DNA of 64,000 nt from Gammaproteobacteria bacterium (GCA_036507635.1 DATCIQ010000327.1:19008-83007); one strand, 5' to 3'. Positions 10,733 through 20,178 are shown, numbered from the stretch's first letter. A program made the numbers and translations. The notes: a model not told the origin generated them from the letters alone.

Positions 10733-12283
10733 ATGAACCATCGTATCTCACGTTCCTTGTTGTCGGAGTACGTCGAACGTATCGCCCGGGCGCAGGTTTA
10801 CGACGTCGCCGCAGAAACCCCGCTCGATCATGCACCGCGCCTTTCAGAACGCCTCGGCAATCACGTCTACCTCAAGCGCGAAGATCTGCAGCCGGTTTTC
10901 TCGTTCAAGTTGCGCGGAGCACATAACAAGATCGCGCATCTACCGGCGGCAACGCTGCAACGCGGCGTGATCTGCAGCTCCGCGGGCAATCACGCGCAAG
11001 GCGTCGCATTGGCGGCGCAGCGCCGCGGCATACGCGCCGTTATCGTAATGCCCGAGAACACGGCTTCGATCAAAGTCGAAGCCGTGCGCGCGTTGGGCGG
11101 AGAGGTCGTGTTGCACGGCGCTCAGTACGACGACGCGAATGCGCGCGCTCTCGAGCTCGCAAGCGCGGAGAACCTCGAGCTCGTCCACCCGTTTGCCGAT
11201 CCCGACGTCATTGCCGGTCAAGGGACCATCGCCGTCGAGCTCGCGCGGCAATGGAGCGAAGTGCCGGTCGCCGTGTTCGTGCCCATCGGCGGCGGCGGAC
11301 TCGTGGGCGGGATCGGCGCCTATATCAAGTACTTTTTCCCGACAGTCAAAGTCATCGGTGTCGAGCCGATCGATGCCGCCAGCATGCATGATGCTTTGCT
11401 GCATGGAGGGCCCGTCACGTTGGACCGCGTAGGTGTTTTCGCCGACGGTGTCGCCGTACGCCGCGTCAGCGACGAGACTTTTCGCATCGCTCGCGAGGTC
11501 GTCGAAACCGTCGTCCTCGTCGACACGGACGAGATCTGCGCAGCCATCAAGGACATTTTCGAGGACAGCCGCACGGTCGTGGAACCATCGGGGGCGCTCG
11601 CCGTTGCCGGACTCAAACGCTACCTCGAGCAACATCCGACAAGCGGCGCAACTTACATCGCAATCAACAGCGGCGCCAATATGAATTTCGACCGCCTGCG
11701 CCACATCAGCGAGCGGGCCGAGCTCGGCGAGCATCGCGAAGCATTGCTGGCCGTGGAGATCCCCGAGCGCCCCGGCGCTTTCTTGCGCTTCTGCGAGGCG
11801 ATCGGCGCGCGCAACATCACGGAGTTCAACTACCGCTATGCGCCGTCCGAGCAGGCGCAAATCTTCGTCGGCGTCGGACTGCATGGCGCCAAGAACGAGA
11901 CGCACGAGCTCATGCGACAGCTATCGGCGAGCGGCTATCGAGTGCTCGACTTGAGCGACAACGAGCTTGCGAAGCTGCACTTACGGCACATGATCGGCGG
12001 TCACGTACCCTCGCTCAAGAACGAATCGATCTATCGCTTCGAGTTTCCCGAGCGGCCCGGCGCGTTGCTCAAGTTCTTGCAGGCAATCGGCAATACCTGG
12101 AACATCAGCCTGTTTCACTATCGCAACCACGGCTCGGACTACGGTCGGGTTCTCGCCGGCGTGCAGGTGCCGGCTGCCGACCGCGCGCGCTTCACGGCCC
12201 ATCTCGACACGCTCGGCTATCCCTATCGCGAGGAAACCGCCAACCCCGCGTACCGATTGTTCTTGGGCTCGGACGGCGGCTGA
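10733..12283 (+). CDS. ilvA: Biosynthetic threonine dehydratase
   Basis: Homology starts at MNHRISRSLLSEYVERI. The PLP-lysine motif is FSFKLRGA. GGGGL is present, followed by two C-terminal ACT-like regulatory repeats. Confidence 0.93.
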   Translation: MNHRISRSLLSEYVERIARAQVYDVAAETPLDHAPRLSERLGNHVYLKREDLQPVFSFKLRGAHNKIAHLPAATLQRGVICSSAGNHAQGVALAAQRRGIRAVIVMPENTASIKVEAVRALGGEVVLHGAQYDDANARALELASAENLELVHPFADPDVIAGQGTIAVELARQWSEVPVAVFVPIGGGGLVGGIGAYIKYFFPTVKVIGVEPIDAASMHDALLHGGPVTLDRVGVFADGVAVRRVSDETFRIAREVVETVVLVDTDEICAAIKDIFEDSRTVVEPSGALAVAGLKRYLEQHPTSGATYIAINSGANMNFDRLRHISERAELGEHREALLAVEIPERPGAFLRFCEAIGARNITEFNYRYAPSEQAQIFVGVGLHGAKNETHELMRQLSASGYRVLDLSDNELAKLHLRHMIGGHVPSLKNESIYRFEFPERPGALLKFLQAIGNTWNISLFHYRNHGSDYGRVLAGVQVPAADRARFTAHLDTLGYPYREETANPAYRLFLGSDGG

Positions 12284-12306
12284 ACCGTGCCGTTCCGCGG
12301 CGCGTT

Positions 12307-12948
12307 TCAACCGGTTTCGATATGGTCGATCTTGGCGCCGCGGGTCAAGCGGTAGAAGTATCTGAGCTCGCGTTGCAGCTCGTTCCAGCCGACCCCGCTC
12401 GACAGCTGCGGCCAGAGCTTCCGACAGTACTTACCGGCGTAGTGATTGGCGCGCTCATAGCGCTCCTGCTCGCCGGCCGAGAGCTCGTCGACGAGTCGCG
12501 TCTGCTCGAACAGCCAATGGTGCAACGCTGCGGGTGGCCGCTCGCCCTGGTCGCGTAAGAGCGCCGTGGTCGCTACGAACTTGTCGACTTCCGCTTGCAG
12601 CTCCATTTCGAGAAGTGTCACGGAACGATCATGCGTCGCGCGAAACGCGTAATAGGTGAAGTGGCTGACGCCCTCGAGCGCCGTCCAGAAATCCGCGAGA
12701 TTGCGTTCGTCGAGGCGCGCGGTGGGATCGTTCAGAGCCAGCCTCTCGATGAGCTCGCGCTTGAGATACAAGGAGACCTCCGCCTCGCCGTTGTGCTCCG
12801 CGATGAGCAGCTTCTCGTCATTGTCGCGTCCGTCGCGGTCGAGCGCCAACGCGAGGCACCGGTCCGTGATCAGGAAGTCCTGGATCGGATAGGCGATTTC
12901 AAGCGCGTAGAAGTCCGTCAACCACGCTTGCAAATTGCCGATCAGCAT
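12307..12948 (-). CDS. Hypothetical protein (213 aa, soluble, helical)
   Basis: Long ORF with GC3-rich codon usage and no overlapping better-supported frame. It starts 6 nt after the stop of the upstream ORF. I recognise no motif. Confidence 0.6.
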   Translation of the reverse strand: MLIGNLQAWLTDFYALEIAYPIQDFLITDRCLALALDRDGRDNDEKLLIAEHNGEAEVSLYLKRELIERLALNDPTARLDERNLADFWTALEGVSHFTYYAFRATHDRSVTLLEMELQAEVDKFVATTALLRDQGERPPAALHHWLFEQTRLVDELSAGEQERYERANHYAGKYCRKLWPQLSSGVGWNELQRELRYFYRLTRGAKIDHIETG

Positions 12949-12954
12949 GACGCC

Positions 12955-13581
12955 TCAATGCCGCGTCTGTAAGACCAAAGTTCGTTGCGGCTCGATTCCC
13001 TGCTTGCGCAACAAACGAGCCGCTCTTTCGCTGCCGGTGCGTAGCCAAATCTCGTACGTGCGCAAGACGTCGATGGCCTTGCTGTTGGCCTCGGCTCGGA
13101 CTTCGTTCAACACGTCGACGAAGACTTGGAACTTGTCCGCAAGCTCCGCAAAGACCGCGCCGAATGCACGCCCGCGCGAAGATCCGCGCACGCTTTCCGA
13201 CAGCGCGCCGTAGGCTGAGCCGCCCATTTGCACGTAGTAGTCGACGTCGACGAGCTTGGCCGCGAGCCCGTCGGCGAGAAAGCCCGCGACGAACAGCGAT
13301 ACGTCGCCGACGCGTTGCAGCGCGTGGCGGCGCTCCTCGGCGAGTTCCGCCGCGATGGATTCGGCCAGGACCTTGGCGAGCGGTTTGAGCTCGATGCCGT
13401 TCTCCGTCCGGTCGAAAAGGGCTTCGGAGCGCGCGAACAACGTCAGTAGATTGACGACGTAGTAAGCGGTGTGATCGTCGGCCGTGACTCGTTGTCGAGC
13501 CATCGCCGAAGCCACGGAGTCTTTGAAGAACTCCTGTAAGCTGGCCACAGGTCGAATTCGGTCGAATTGCTCCGTCGCCAT
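12955..13581 (-). CDS. Hypothetical protein (208 aa, soluble, helical)
   Basis: Long ORF with GC3-rich codon usage. It appears co-transcribed with 12307-12948. I recognise no motif. Confidence 0.6.
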   Translation of the reverse strand: MATEQFDRIRPVASLQEFFKDSVASAMARQRVTADDHTAYYVVNLLTLFARSEALFDRTENGIELKPLAKVLAESIAAELAEERRHALQRVGDVSLFVAGFLADGLAAKLVDVDYYVQMGGSAYGALSESVRGSSRGRAFGAVFAELADKFQVFVDVLNEVRAEANSKAIDVLRTYEIWLRTGSERAARLLRKQGIEPQRTLVLQTRH

Positions 13582-13650
13582 CTCGCTGCCTCGTCTCAGC
13601 GACCCAATCCTCAGTATAGGAATGGTACCGACTCACGCTCGTGAGGCAAA

Positions 13651-14127
13651 TCACGTTTCCCGAGATTGTGCGGTCTCGAGCCCGCTCGATGGCGCCGCTG
13701 GCGGCCGCTCGAGATCCGTGGAGACGAACTCGAGCATGCGCACGCAGTGGGCGCGCAGACGATCGTGCCAATGCCGTTGCCGCAGCGAGGCCGCTCCGTT
13801 GAGCTGGTAGCAGAGCGTCAAATGCAGCAGCGATCCCGATTCAATGGGATGCAGCCGCCAGCGCAATTGCAGGCGCACGCGACAAGGTGGGTCGTGCAAG
13901 GTCTCGTAGAGCGTCAGAGAGACCGGCCGAATGACCTCGAGCACGCGACCGCGGCGCAGCACGGATCGGCTCTGGCGCGCGTAGCGGCAACCGACCTTCG
14001 GCTGCGCTTGCTCCTCGCCGAGCCGTCCCAGCACGCCCCAACGGTGCTTGGCCAAGACTCGATTGAGCGCCGTGAACACGGCAATCATCGGCTGCGCGTA
14101 ACGCGCTTCGTGCTGTTGGCGCGGCAC
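13651..14127 (-). CDS. Hypothetical protein, possibly SRPBCC/START-like
   Basis: 158-aa ORF. The weak beta-rich pattern (VLEVIRPVSLTLYETL...LQLRWRLHPIESGSLLHLTLCYQL) is reminiscent of SRPBCC ligand-binding folds. The assignment is tentative. Confidence 0.4.
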   Translation of the reverse strand: MPRQQHEARYAQPMIAVFTALNRVLAKHRWGVLGRLGEEQAQPKVGCRYARQSRSVLRRGRVLEVIRPVSLTLYETLHDPPCRVRLQLRWRLHPIESGSLLHLTLCYQLNGAASLRQRHWHDRLRAHCVRMLEFVSTDLERPPAAPSSGLETAQSRET

Positions 14128-14257
14128 GTCGCTCTCCCGGACAGCGCCTTGGGACGCTCACGTTATGCGCGAGCGGCGCCGCGATCGAGTCGGGAATCCG
14201 TCGGAATTGCAGAGTAATCGCCGCCGTGCAAATCGCCGCGTCCGGCCGAACGATACG

Positions 14258-15238
14258 TCACGCGGGAATCAGCACCGTGCAACCCGTCGTCCTGCGCTGC
14301 TCGAGGTCGGCATGCGCCGACGCGACGTCGTGCAGTGCATACTCCTGATGAATCTCGATACGAAGGCGCCCGCGGACGACAAGCTCGATGAGCTCGGCGG
14401 CGCCGGCTTCGAGATCCGCGCGCACGCGAATGAAATCGAACAGAGTCGGCCGTGTGACGTACAGCGAGCCGCGCTTCTGCAGCTCCACGGGCGCAAATGG
14501 CGGGACCTGTCCCGAGGAATTACCGAAGCTGACCATGATGCCGTGCGTCCGCAGGCAATCGAGCGATTGCAGGAAGGTATCCTTGCCGACCGAGTCGTAA
14601 ACCGCGGCAACGCCCGCGCCGCCCGTAAGCTCGCGAACGCGCGCGACGACATCGTCCGTGCGCGACACCAAGACCTGCTCGCATCCGTGCTCGAGCGCGA
14701 GACGACGCTTCTCATCCGTGCCCACGATGCCGATGATGCGCGCGCCGAGCTGCTTGGCCCATTGCGCGGCGATGAGCCCGACGCCGCCCGCCGCGGCATA
14801 GAGCAGCACCCAATCGCCGGGACGCACGGGATAGCTGCGTTTGAGCAGATACCAGCTCGTGAGACCCTTCAGCATCATCGCCGCGGCGGTCTTGTCGTCG
14901 ATGTCTGCGGGCAGCTTCACGAGCCACTTGGCATCGATGAGCCGTTCGTCTGCATACGCATCGAGCGGCGCGGGGCTCGCGTAAGCGACGCGCTGACCCA
15001 GCTCGAAGTCTTGAACGCCGTTGCCGACCGCGGTCACCACGCCGCTCGCTTCGGCACCGAGGCCGCTCGGCAGGGCGAGGGGATAGACGCCGTTGCGATA
15101 ATACGTGTCGACCATATTGAGCCCGACGGCGCGATGCGCAACGCGGACCTGGCCGGGACCGGGAGTGCCGACCTGCACATCCTCGATGCAAAGCACGTCC
15201 GGCCCGCCGAACTCGTGAATACGGATTGCACGTGTCAT
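14258..15238 (-). CDS. qor: NADPH:quinone oxidoreductase (zeta-crystallin family MDR)
   Basis: Homology begins at MTRAIRIHEFGGPDVLCIEDVQVGTPGPGQVRV. The Rossmann motif is AAAGGVG. The upstream 50 codons of the track ORF were discarded. Confidence 0.88.
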   Translation of the reverse strand: MTRAIRIHEFGGPDVLCIEDVQVGTPGPGQVRVAHRAVGLNMVDTYYRNGVYPLALPSGLGAEASGVVTAVGNGVQDFELGQRVAYASPAPLDAYADERLIDAKWLVKLPADIDDKTAAAMMLKGLTSWYLLKRSYPVRPGDWVLLYAAAGGVGLIAAQWAKQLGARIIGIVGTDEKRRLALEHGCEQVLVSRTDDVVARVRELTGGAGVAAVYDSVGKDTFLQSLDCLRTHGIMVSFGNSSGQVPPFAPVELQKRGSLYVTRPTLFDFIRVRADLEAGAAELIELVVRGRLRIEIHQEYALHDVASAHADLEQRRTTGCTVLIPA

Positions 15239-15262
15239 GGCGATGGCGAAATATAGCACCTC

Positions 15263-16480
15263 ATGCACGAGCAATTGGCGATCATCGGCGCCGGTCAGGC
15301 GGCGGTTCAAGCCGCGCAAACGGTCAGGCAGAGCGGCTTCGAGGGCAAGATCACGCTGATCGGCGAAGAACGTTTCACACCGTATCAACGTCCGCCTCTT
15401 TCCAAGAAGTATCTCGCGGGCGCGCTGCCGCGCGAGCGATTACACCTGAAAGCGGATGCTTTCTATGCGAGCCGCGGGATCGATCTCCATCTTGGCGTTC
15501 GCGCGGAGGAGCTCGACGCGGCGACGCGCCGCATCCGTCTCTCCGACGGCCGAACGTTGATATACGATCGCTTGTTGCTGGCCACGGGCAGCCGGGTTCG
15601 CCGCCTCGACGTGCCGGGCGTCGGTCTTCGCGGTGTCCACTATTTACGCTCGATCGACGACGTCGATGCGATCGCCCCGGGCCTTCATCCGGGCGCGCGC
15701 CTCGTCATCGTCGGTGCCGGATACATCGGTCTCGAGGTCGCCGCCGTTGCACGCGAGCTCGGCGTCGACGTGACCGTGCTCGAAGCGGCGGATCGTGTCA
15801 TGAGCCGCGTCGTATGCGCGCAAATGTCCGACTTCTACGCAAAGTATCATACCGCCGCCGGCGTCCGCATTCGCTGCAACACGCAGGTCGCCGAGTTTCG
15901 CGGCACCGGGGCCGTAAGCGCAGTCGCGAGCGCGGCGGGCGAGACATTCGATTGCGACCTTGTAATCATCGGGATCGGCGTCGTGCCCAACGTCGAGATT
16001 GCGGCGCGCGCCGGCCTCCATTGCGACAACGGCATCCGCGTCGACACATGCGCCCGCACCGCCGACCCGCGCATCGCCGCGGCGGGCGACTGCACGAACC
16101 ATCCGCATCCGTTCGCGGCGCGCAATGTGAGACTGGAATCCGTGCACAACGCCGTCGAGCAAGCCAAGAGCGCCGCGGCGAGTCTGCTCGGTCAAGAACG
16201 TCCGTTTACCGAAGTTCCTTGGTTTTGGTCCGATCAATACGATCTCAAGCTGCAAATCGTCGGGCTCGCGCTCGAGTACGACGAGGTCGTGCCGCGCGGC
16301 GACATGGGCGGCAAGCAATTCGCGATGTACTACCTTGCCGAGGGACGGCCGATCGCGATCGACGCGGTGAACAGTCCGCGGGATTTCATGCACGGCAAGA
16401 AGTTGCTCGCGGCGCGCCCGAGGATACCGGCCGCGGCGATCGCCGATCCGGCGATGGATCTCACGCGATTCTGCGAGTGA
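15263..16480 (+). CDS. FAD-dependent ferredoxin/rubredoxin reductase (pyridine nucleotide-disulfide oxidoreductase)
   Basis: 405 aa with an FAD motif (LAIIGAGQAA), an NAD motif (LVIVGAGYIGLEVA) and GDC, plus the C-terminal reductase dimerisation region typical of putidaredoxin-reductase-like enzymes. Confidence 0.88.
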   Translation: MHEQLAIIGAGQAAVQAAQTVRQSGFEGKITLIGEERFTPYQRPPLSKKYLAGALPRERLHLKADAFYASRGIDLHLGVRAEELDAATRRIRLSDGRTLIYDRLLLATGSRVRRLDVPGVGLRGVHYLRSIDDVDAIAPGLHPGARLVIVGAGYIGLEVAAVARELGVDVTVLEAADRVMSRVVCAQMSDFYAKYHTAAGVRIRCNTQVAEFRGTGAVSAVASAAGETFDCDLVIIGIGVVPNVEIAARAGLHCDNGIRVDTCARTADPRIAAAGDCTNHPHPFAARNVRLESVHNAVEQAKSAAASLLGQERPFTEVPWFWSDQYDLKLQIVGLALEYDEVVPRGDMGGKQFAMYYLAEGRPIAIDAVNSPRDFMHGKKLLAARPRIPAAAIADPAMDLTRFCE

Positions 16481-16483
16481 CGC

Positions 16484-17188
16484 TTACTCGGCGAGTCCGA
16501 CGATCGCTTCGCCGGAGTCTGCATCGACGGTCTCGTCGAGTGCAATCGCCAGTGCGCCGCGCATGGCCTCGATGCCTCGCGACGAGCTGAATTTCTCGAG
16601 GTTGTAAGTCTCGTGGGCGACGCCGCTCATTCCTTCGAATGTGCCGCTTACACCAACGACCTCCGCCGTCCCGCGCGGGCCGGGTCCCGCGGTCACGGCG
16701 TAGCTCGCCGGTCCTCGCCACTCGCGCTGCAAATAGGTTACCGGGATGAAAGTGTCCTTGAGCAGTGGCCACACGTTGTTATGCCCCTCGACATAGAGCG
16801 TCCCTTGTCCCGGCACGGTGACGAGCCAGTGATCCGCGACGATGACGCCGCGCAACAGCAAATCGGTATCAGTCGAGGGAACGCTCACGCGCGTGGCGAG
16901 CGCCTGCGGCGTACCAGCGGGATCCTCGAGCACGAGAACGTTCAGGATCATGCTGTTGATGCCGGTTTCCCAGAGCGCGGCGATCTCTCGGGGAATGCTC
17001 GGCAAATCGAGCTGTCCGCCGTGCGTCAAAGCGATCGCGCTGTCCCCCGGGAAATCGTACTCGAGCGTCCATCCATCGTTGGACGTCGTCGCGGCTTGCG
17101 GCGCGTTCAGTGGATTGAAGTAAAGCGCGAGGAGAGCCGCAGCCATACCGAGCAGCACTCCGCCGAGCGTTGCGAATAGATATTTCAT
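16484..17188 (-). CDS. Membrane-anchored protein of unknown function (paralog A)
   Basis: Starts at MKYLFATLGGVLLGMAAALLALYF, a single N-terminal TM helix. The start ATG overlaps the upstream stop (ATGA). It shares sequence blocks with the upstream ORF. Confidence 0.6.
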   Translation of the reverse strand: MKYLFATLGGVLLGMAAALLALYFNPLNAPQAATTSNDGWTLEYDFPGDSAIALTHGGQLDLPSIPREIAALWETGINSMILNVLVLEDPAGTPQALATRVSVPSTDTDLLLRGVIVADHWLVTVPGQGTLYVEGHNNVWPLLKDTFIPVTYLQREWRGPASYAVTAGPGPRGTAEVVGVSGTFEGMSGVAHETYNLEKFSSSRGIEAMRGALAIALDETVDADSGEAIVGLAE

Positions 17189-17835
17189 CCGCCGCGCCGA
17201 CTCACGGTATCGAGCTCGATGGTGCCGCGGATCTCGCCGCTCTCGCCGATTCCGGTGATGTTCCAAGTTTCCGTGTACGCGACGTCGAGACCTGCGAATT
17301 CGCGGCTGCCCACCACGCTCTCGGCCGTCGCGCCGTCGCCGACCATGGCCAGGCTGAGCTCACCGCTCCACGGGGAGCCGCTCGTATAGCCGCGGTCCGT
17401 CAAGGCCGCGTCGACCACGCCGGGCGCCTCGCCGGGCGCAGCCAATACCAGGGACCCGCGGCTCGGAATCGTCAGCGTCCAGGAGGTCCTCGGACCCGAG
17501 GGTGTCGCGGTCCAATGGCGCGCGGCGATGCCGATGACGTTGCCGGCGCTGTCGCGCACCTTGAAATGCTCGAGTAACGGAAGAGCCGTCGCGTCTTCAC
17601 CGGGGATCGTCGCCGGCGCGGGGAATCCGCGGCTCCTGAGCCCCGCCGTGGCGGAACCCAACGCGTGGATGCGATCCGCGGGCAAGCGAATCACGAAGCG
17701 CTCCGCGCGGCCGCCGTTGGCGACGACAGACGTCTGGGAGGGCAGGCGCACGTGGCTCACCCAGGGCACGAAATGCGCCGCGGCCAAGAGGCCCGCAAAT
17801 CCCACGAGCAGTCCGATGATGAAAAGTCGCTTCAT
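17185..17835 (-). CDS. Membrane-anchored protein of unknown function (paralog B)
   Basis: Starts at MKRLFIIGLLVGFAGLLAAAHF, a single N-terminal TM helix. Its roughly 190-aa extracytoplasmic domain aligns by eye with paralog A. Confidence 0.6.
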   Translation of the reverse strand: MKRLFIIGLLVGFAGLLAAAHFVPWVSHVRLPSQTSVVANGGRAERFVIRLPADRIHALGSATAGLRSRGFPAPATIPGEDATALPLLEHFKVRDSAGNVIGIAARHWTATPSGPRTSWTLTIPSRGSLVLAAPGEAPGVVDAALTDRGYTSGSPWSGELSLAMVGDGATAESVVGSREFAGLDVAYTETWNITGIGESGEIRGTIELDTVSRRGG

Positions 17836-17861
17836 TCCCGGCTCCGCCAAGCCCTAGTCAT

Positions 17862-17889
17862 GCGTCGACACAATATTAAGTGTCGACGC
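17862..17889. promoter_or_regulatory. Perfect 10-bp inverted repeat (hairpin or operator)
   Basis: GCGTCGACAC-AATATTAA-GTGTCGACGC lies between the gshA stop (17917) and the start of paralog B (17835). No U-tract follows it. Confidence 0.3.
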
Positions 17890-17916
17890 GATGGGGCTTC
17901 CGCGCGGTTAACAGAA

Positions 17917-19512
17917 TCACAGATTTGCAACGCTACCCTTCCCGGCCGAGCCCTCGGGCCCGCCAAGGGTCTCGGCGTAGCGCTTGAGATACTCGGCAAA
18001 CGGCACGTCTGCTCGAGCCTCGAGCGCCTTGGTCTCCCCCAGGGAGCTCGTGGCCGTGGCATCCAGCATGGTTTCCTTGGCGGGGTCGAGCGGCAGCGAC
18101 AGAAAGTATTGGTGGTGGCTACGCGCGAGCTCGAGCCCATACTCGAAAAAGCTCGCGTCAGTGCTCCTGAGCTCGGCGACCAGCTTCGCCGAGGGTGTCA
18201 ATTCGGGATCCTCCACGGCCGCGCGGGCCGCGTCGACGGCGGCCGAATAGTCGCGTGAATCGCCGTCGAGCAGCGACGCGATCGAAGCCACATCACGCAA
18301 CAACGCAAGCGCCGTAGCACGCAGGCCGGCGGGCCGTCCGTTTATCGAGAGCTGCAAACCCGGTCGTCGGCCCTCTCTCGCAACCCGCACGTCGCGCGCG
18401 TCGATCTCGACCTGCTCCGCTTGGGATATCGGCGGGCTGTCGGCAAGCAAGCAGTAGAGCAACAGCGCTTCAAGCACGCGCATCTGCGCTTGATTGACGC
18501 CGACGGGGTCCAAAGCGTTGAGGTCAAGCGTGCGTATTTCGACGTACTCGACGCCGTCTCGTCTCAATGCCGCGATGGCGCGGATCGTTCGATCTCGCGG
18601 CTTGGGCCGCACCGAGCTGTAGTACTCATTTTCAATTTGCAGAACATTGGCGTTCAGTTGCCGGAACTCGCCATCCACGAAGACGCCGATGTCCGCGTAG
18701 CGTGGGTCTGCCGTCGTGACGGCCGCGGTCAATCCGGCGACGTAGTCTCGCAGGGAATTCGCCGAGATGCTGAGCCTTGCCTGCGTCGAGTTTCTGTAGC
18801 CGATGTCGCTCATACGCAGCGAAGTGGCATAAGGACCGAACCATGTCGCTCTGTCGAGCTCCTGCAAGAGCTCGTGCCGCTCGGGTCGAAACGACTTGCA
18901 GAACGCCGGCGAGGCACCGAACAGGTAGACGACGAGCCACGCGCAGCGCCGGTAATTGCGCACCAGGCTCATCATTTGCTCCGACTTGAACGCCGCGAGC
19001 GGCGCGTCGGCGCGGCAGTACCCCCGGTATGCCTCCCAAAATTCCTGCGGCAGCGAGAAATTGAAGTGGGCCCCGGCAATGGCCTGCATGGCCCGGCCGT
19101 AACGAAACCCCAGTCCGCGCCGATAGATCGTGCGCATCTGCCCGGCGTTACTCGGCCCATAAGCCGCGATCGGGATCTCCTCGTTCGGGTTGATGACGCA
19201 CGGCATGCTCGCGGGCCACAACAGCTCGCCGTCGAGACGGCGATGCACAAAGCCATGCAGGTCGCAGAGAAACTGTAATGTTTGCCAATTCGATGTGTAC
19301 GGCGGAGTCACGAATTCGAGCAGCGCTTCCGAATAGTCCGTCGTCAGGTACGGGTGTGTCAGCGCCGATCCGATTGTCGGCGGATGGGGCGTCTTGGCGA
19401 GCTGCCCGTTCACGTCGACGCGTAGACTTTCTTTCTCGATCCCCCTCGAGCCGCGTCGCACTCGATCGGTATTGCCGGGCTGGCTCAGCCAACCGACATT
19501 TGCTTCCAGCAA
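17917..19512 (-). CDS. gshA: Glutamate--cysteine ligase
   Basis: GshA-type sequence from LEANVGWLSQ...GIEKESLRV...IGSALTHPYLTTDYSEALLEFVTPP onward. The TTG at 19512 is in frame and preceded by GAGAGGAG with a 6-nt spacer. The 176-codon upstream extension of the track ORF has no homology and is Arg-rich. Confidence 0.9.
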   Translation of the reverse strand: MLEANVGWLSQPGNTDRVRRGSRGIEKESLRVDVNGQLAKTPHPPTIGSALTHPYLTTDYSEALLEFVTPPYTSNWQTLQFLCDLHGFVHRRLDGELLWPASMPCVINPNEEIPIAAYGPSNAGQMRTIYRRGLGFRYGRAMQAIAGAHFNFSLPQEFWEAYRGYCRADAPLAAFKSEQMMSLVRNYRRCAWLVVYLFGASPAFCKSFRPERHELLQELDRATWFGPYATSLRMSDIGYRNSTQARLSISANSLRDYVAGLTAAVTTADPRYADIGVFVDGEFRQLNANVLQIENEYYSSVRPKPRDRTIRAIAALRRDGVEYVEIRTLDLNALDPVGVNQAQMRVLEALLLYCLLADSPPISQAEQVEIDARDVRVAREGRRPGLQLSINGRPAGLRATALALLRDVASIASLLDGDSRDYSAAVDAARAAVEDPELTPSAKLVAELRSTDASFFEYGLELARSHHQYFLSLPLDPAKETMLDATATSSLGETKALEARADVPFAEYLKRYAETLGGPEGSAGKGSVANL

Positions 19513-19670
19513 GCTTGGCTCCTCTCTCGTGGGCGGTGCCGCGCAATGGCGTGCGCACGTCGTCCCGCTCGCCGGCATTATAGGCGCGTTGCTGGCGGGC
19601 GCGGCCCCGAGGTCGCGCCCATCGGGAGGCTCGTCGGCCCGAGGCGCGCGGTGCCGTTCCGGTATTCGAA

Positions 19671-19949
19671 TTAGATGCGGACGGCCGCAGGCAAGACCGA
19701 GATCTGCTCCATCTCGTAGCCGATGATCTCGCGCGAGACGGGATCGCGAATCGCCTTGCCCCGTCTGAAACATCCCGTCGTGCGCGCGGTGCGCTCGAAC
19801 TCTTCCGCGGATTCGATCGACTCGAGACTCACCCGACCATCCGCACTGCGGACGAGCCGCTTCGCGCCGCGCATGCATTCGCGGGAATTCCACCGGCGGC
19901 CGAGCGCCGCCTCGAGCACCAATGCGATCACCTCGCTCTTGTCTTCCAT
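19671..19949 (-). CDS. Hypothetical small protein (92 aa)
   Basis: The ATG at 19949 is preceded by GGAG 7 nt upstream. Third-position GC bias is good across the ORF. It fills an otherwise empty 660-bp gap. I recognise no family. Confidence 0.4.
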   Translation of the reverse strand: MEDKSEVIALVLEAALGRRWNSRECMRGAKRLVRSADGRVSLESIESAEEFERTARTTGCFRRGKAIRDPVSREIIGYEMEQISVLPAAVRI

Positions 19950-20178
19950 GCCCGAGCTCCGCACTGACTGCCTCGACATAAGCAATCTCCGTGCCACGCG
20001 TCCAACGGCGCCGACGCCGCCCCGCCGCGCTTGGCGCTCGCACTCTCGTGTGAAACGGCGCACAGTGACGAGGCGGGTCAGTTACCGACTCTGTGCGGCC
20101 ATTCGCACTTCTTGATCACGCGGATCGCAGGTCCCCCCAAGTTCGGCTACCTTTGTCGCTCGCTGTCGGGAGAAGACA

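Noticed and set aside
9388-10734. 448-aa ORF on the minus strand
   Set aside because: It is antisense to the DUF4340-like gene and the ilvA 5' region. The sequence is low-complexity and Arg-rich with no homology signal.
15226-16590. 454-aa ORF on the plus strand
   Set aside because: It is an alternative frame of the ferredoxin reductase gene. The translation is extremely Arg-rich (RRRR runs). The reductase frame carries the FAD and NAD motifs.
19513-20043. N-terminal 176-codon extension of the gshA ORF (708 aa in the track)
   Set aside because: Homology to GshA starts only at the in-frame TTG 19512, which has a good Shine-Dalgarno sequence. The extension is Arg-rich and overlaps a better small ORF in another frame.
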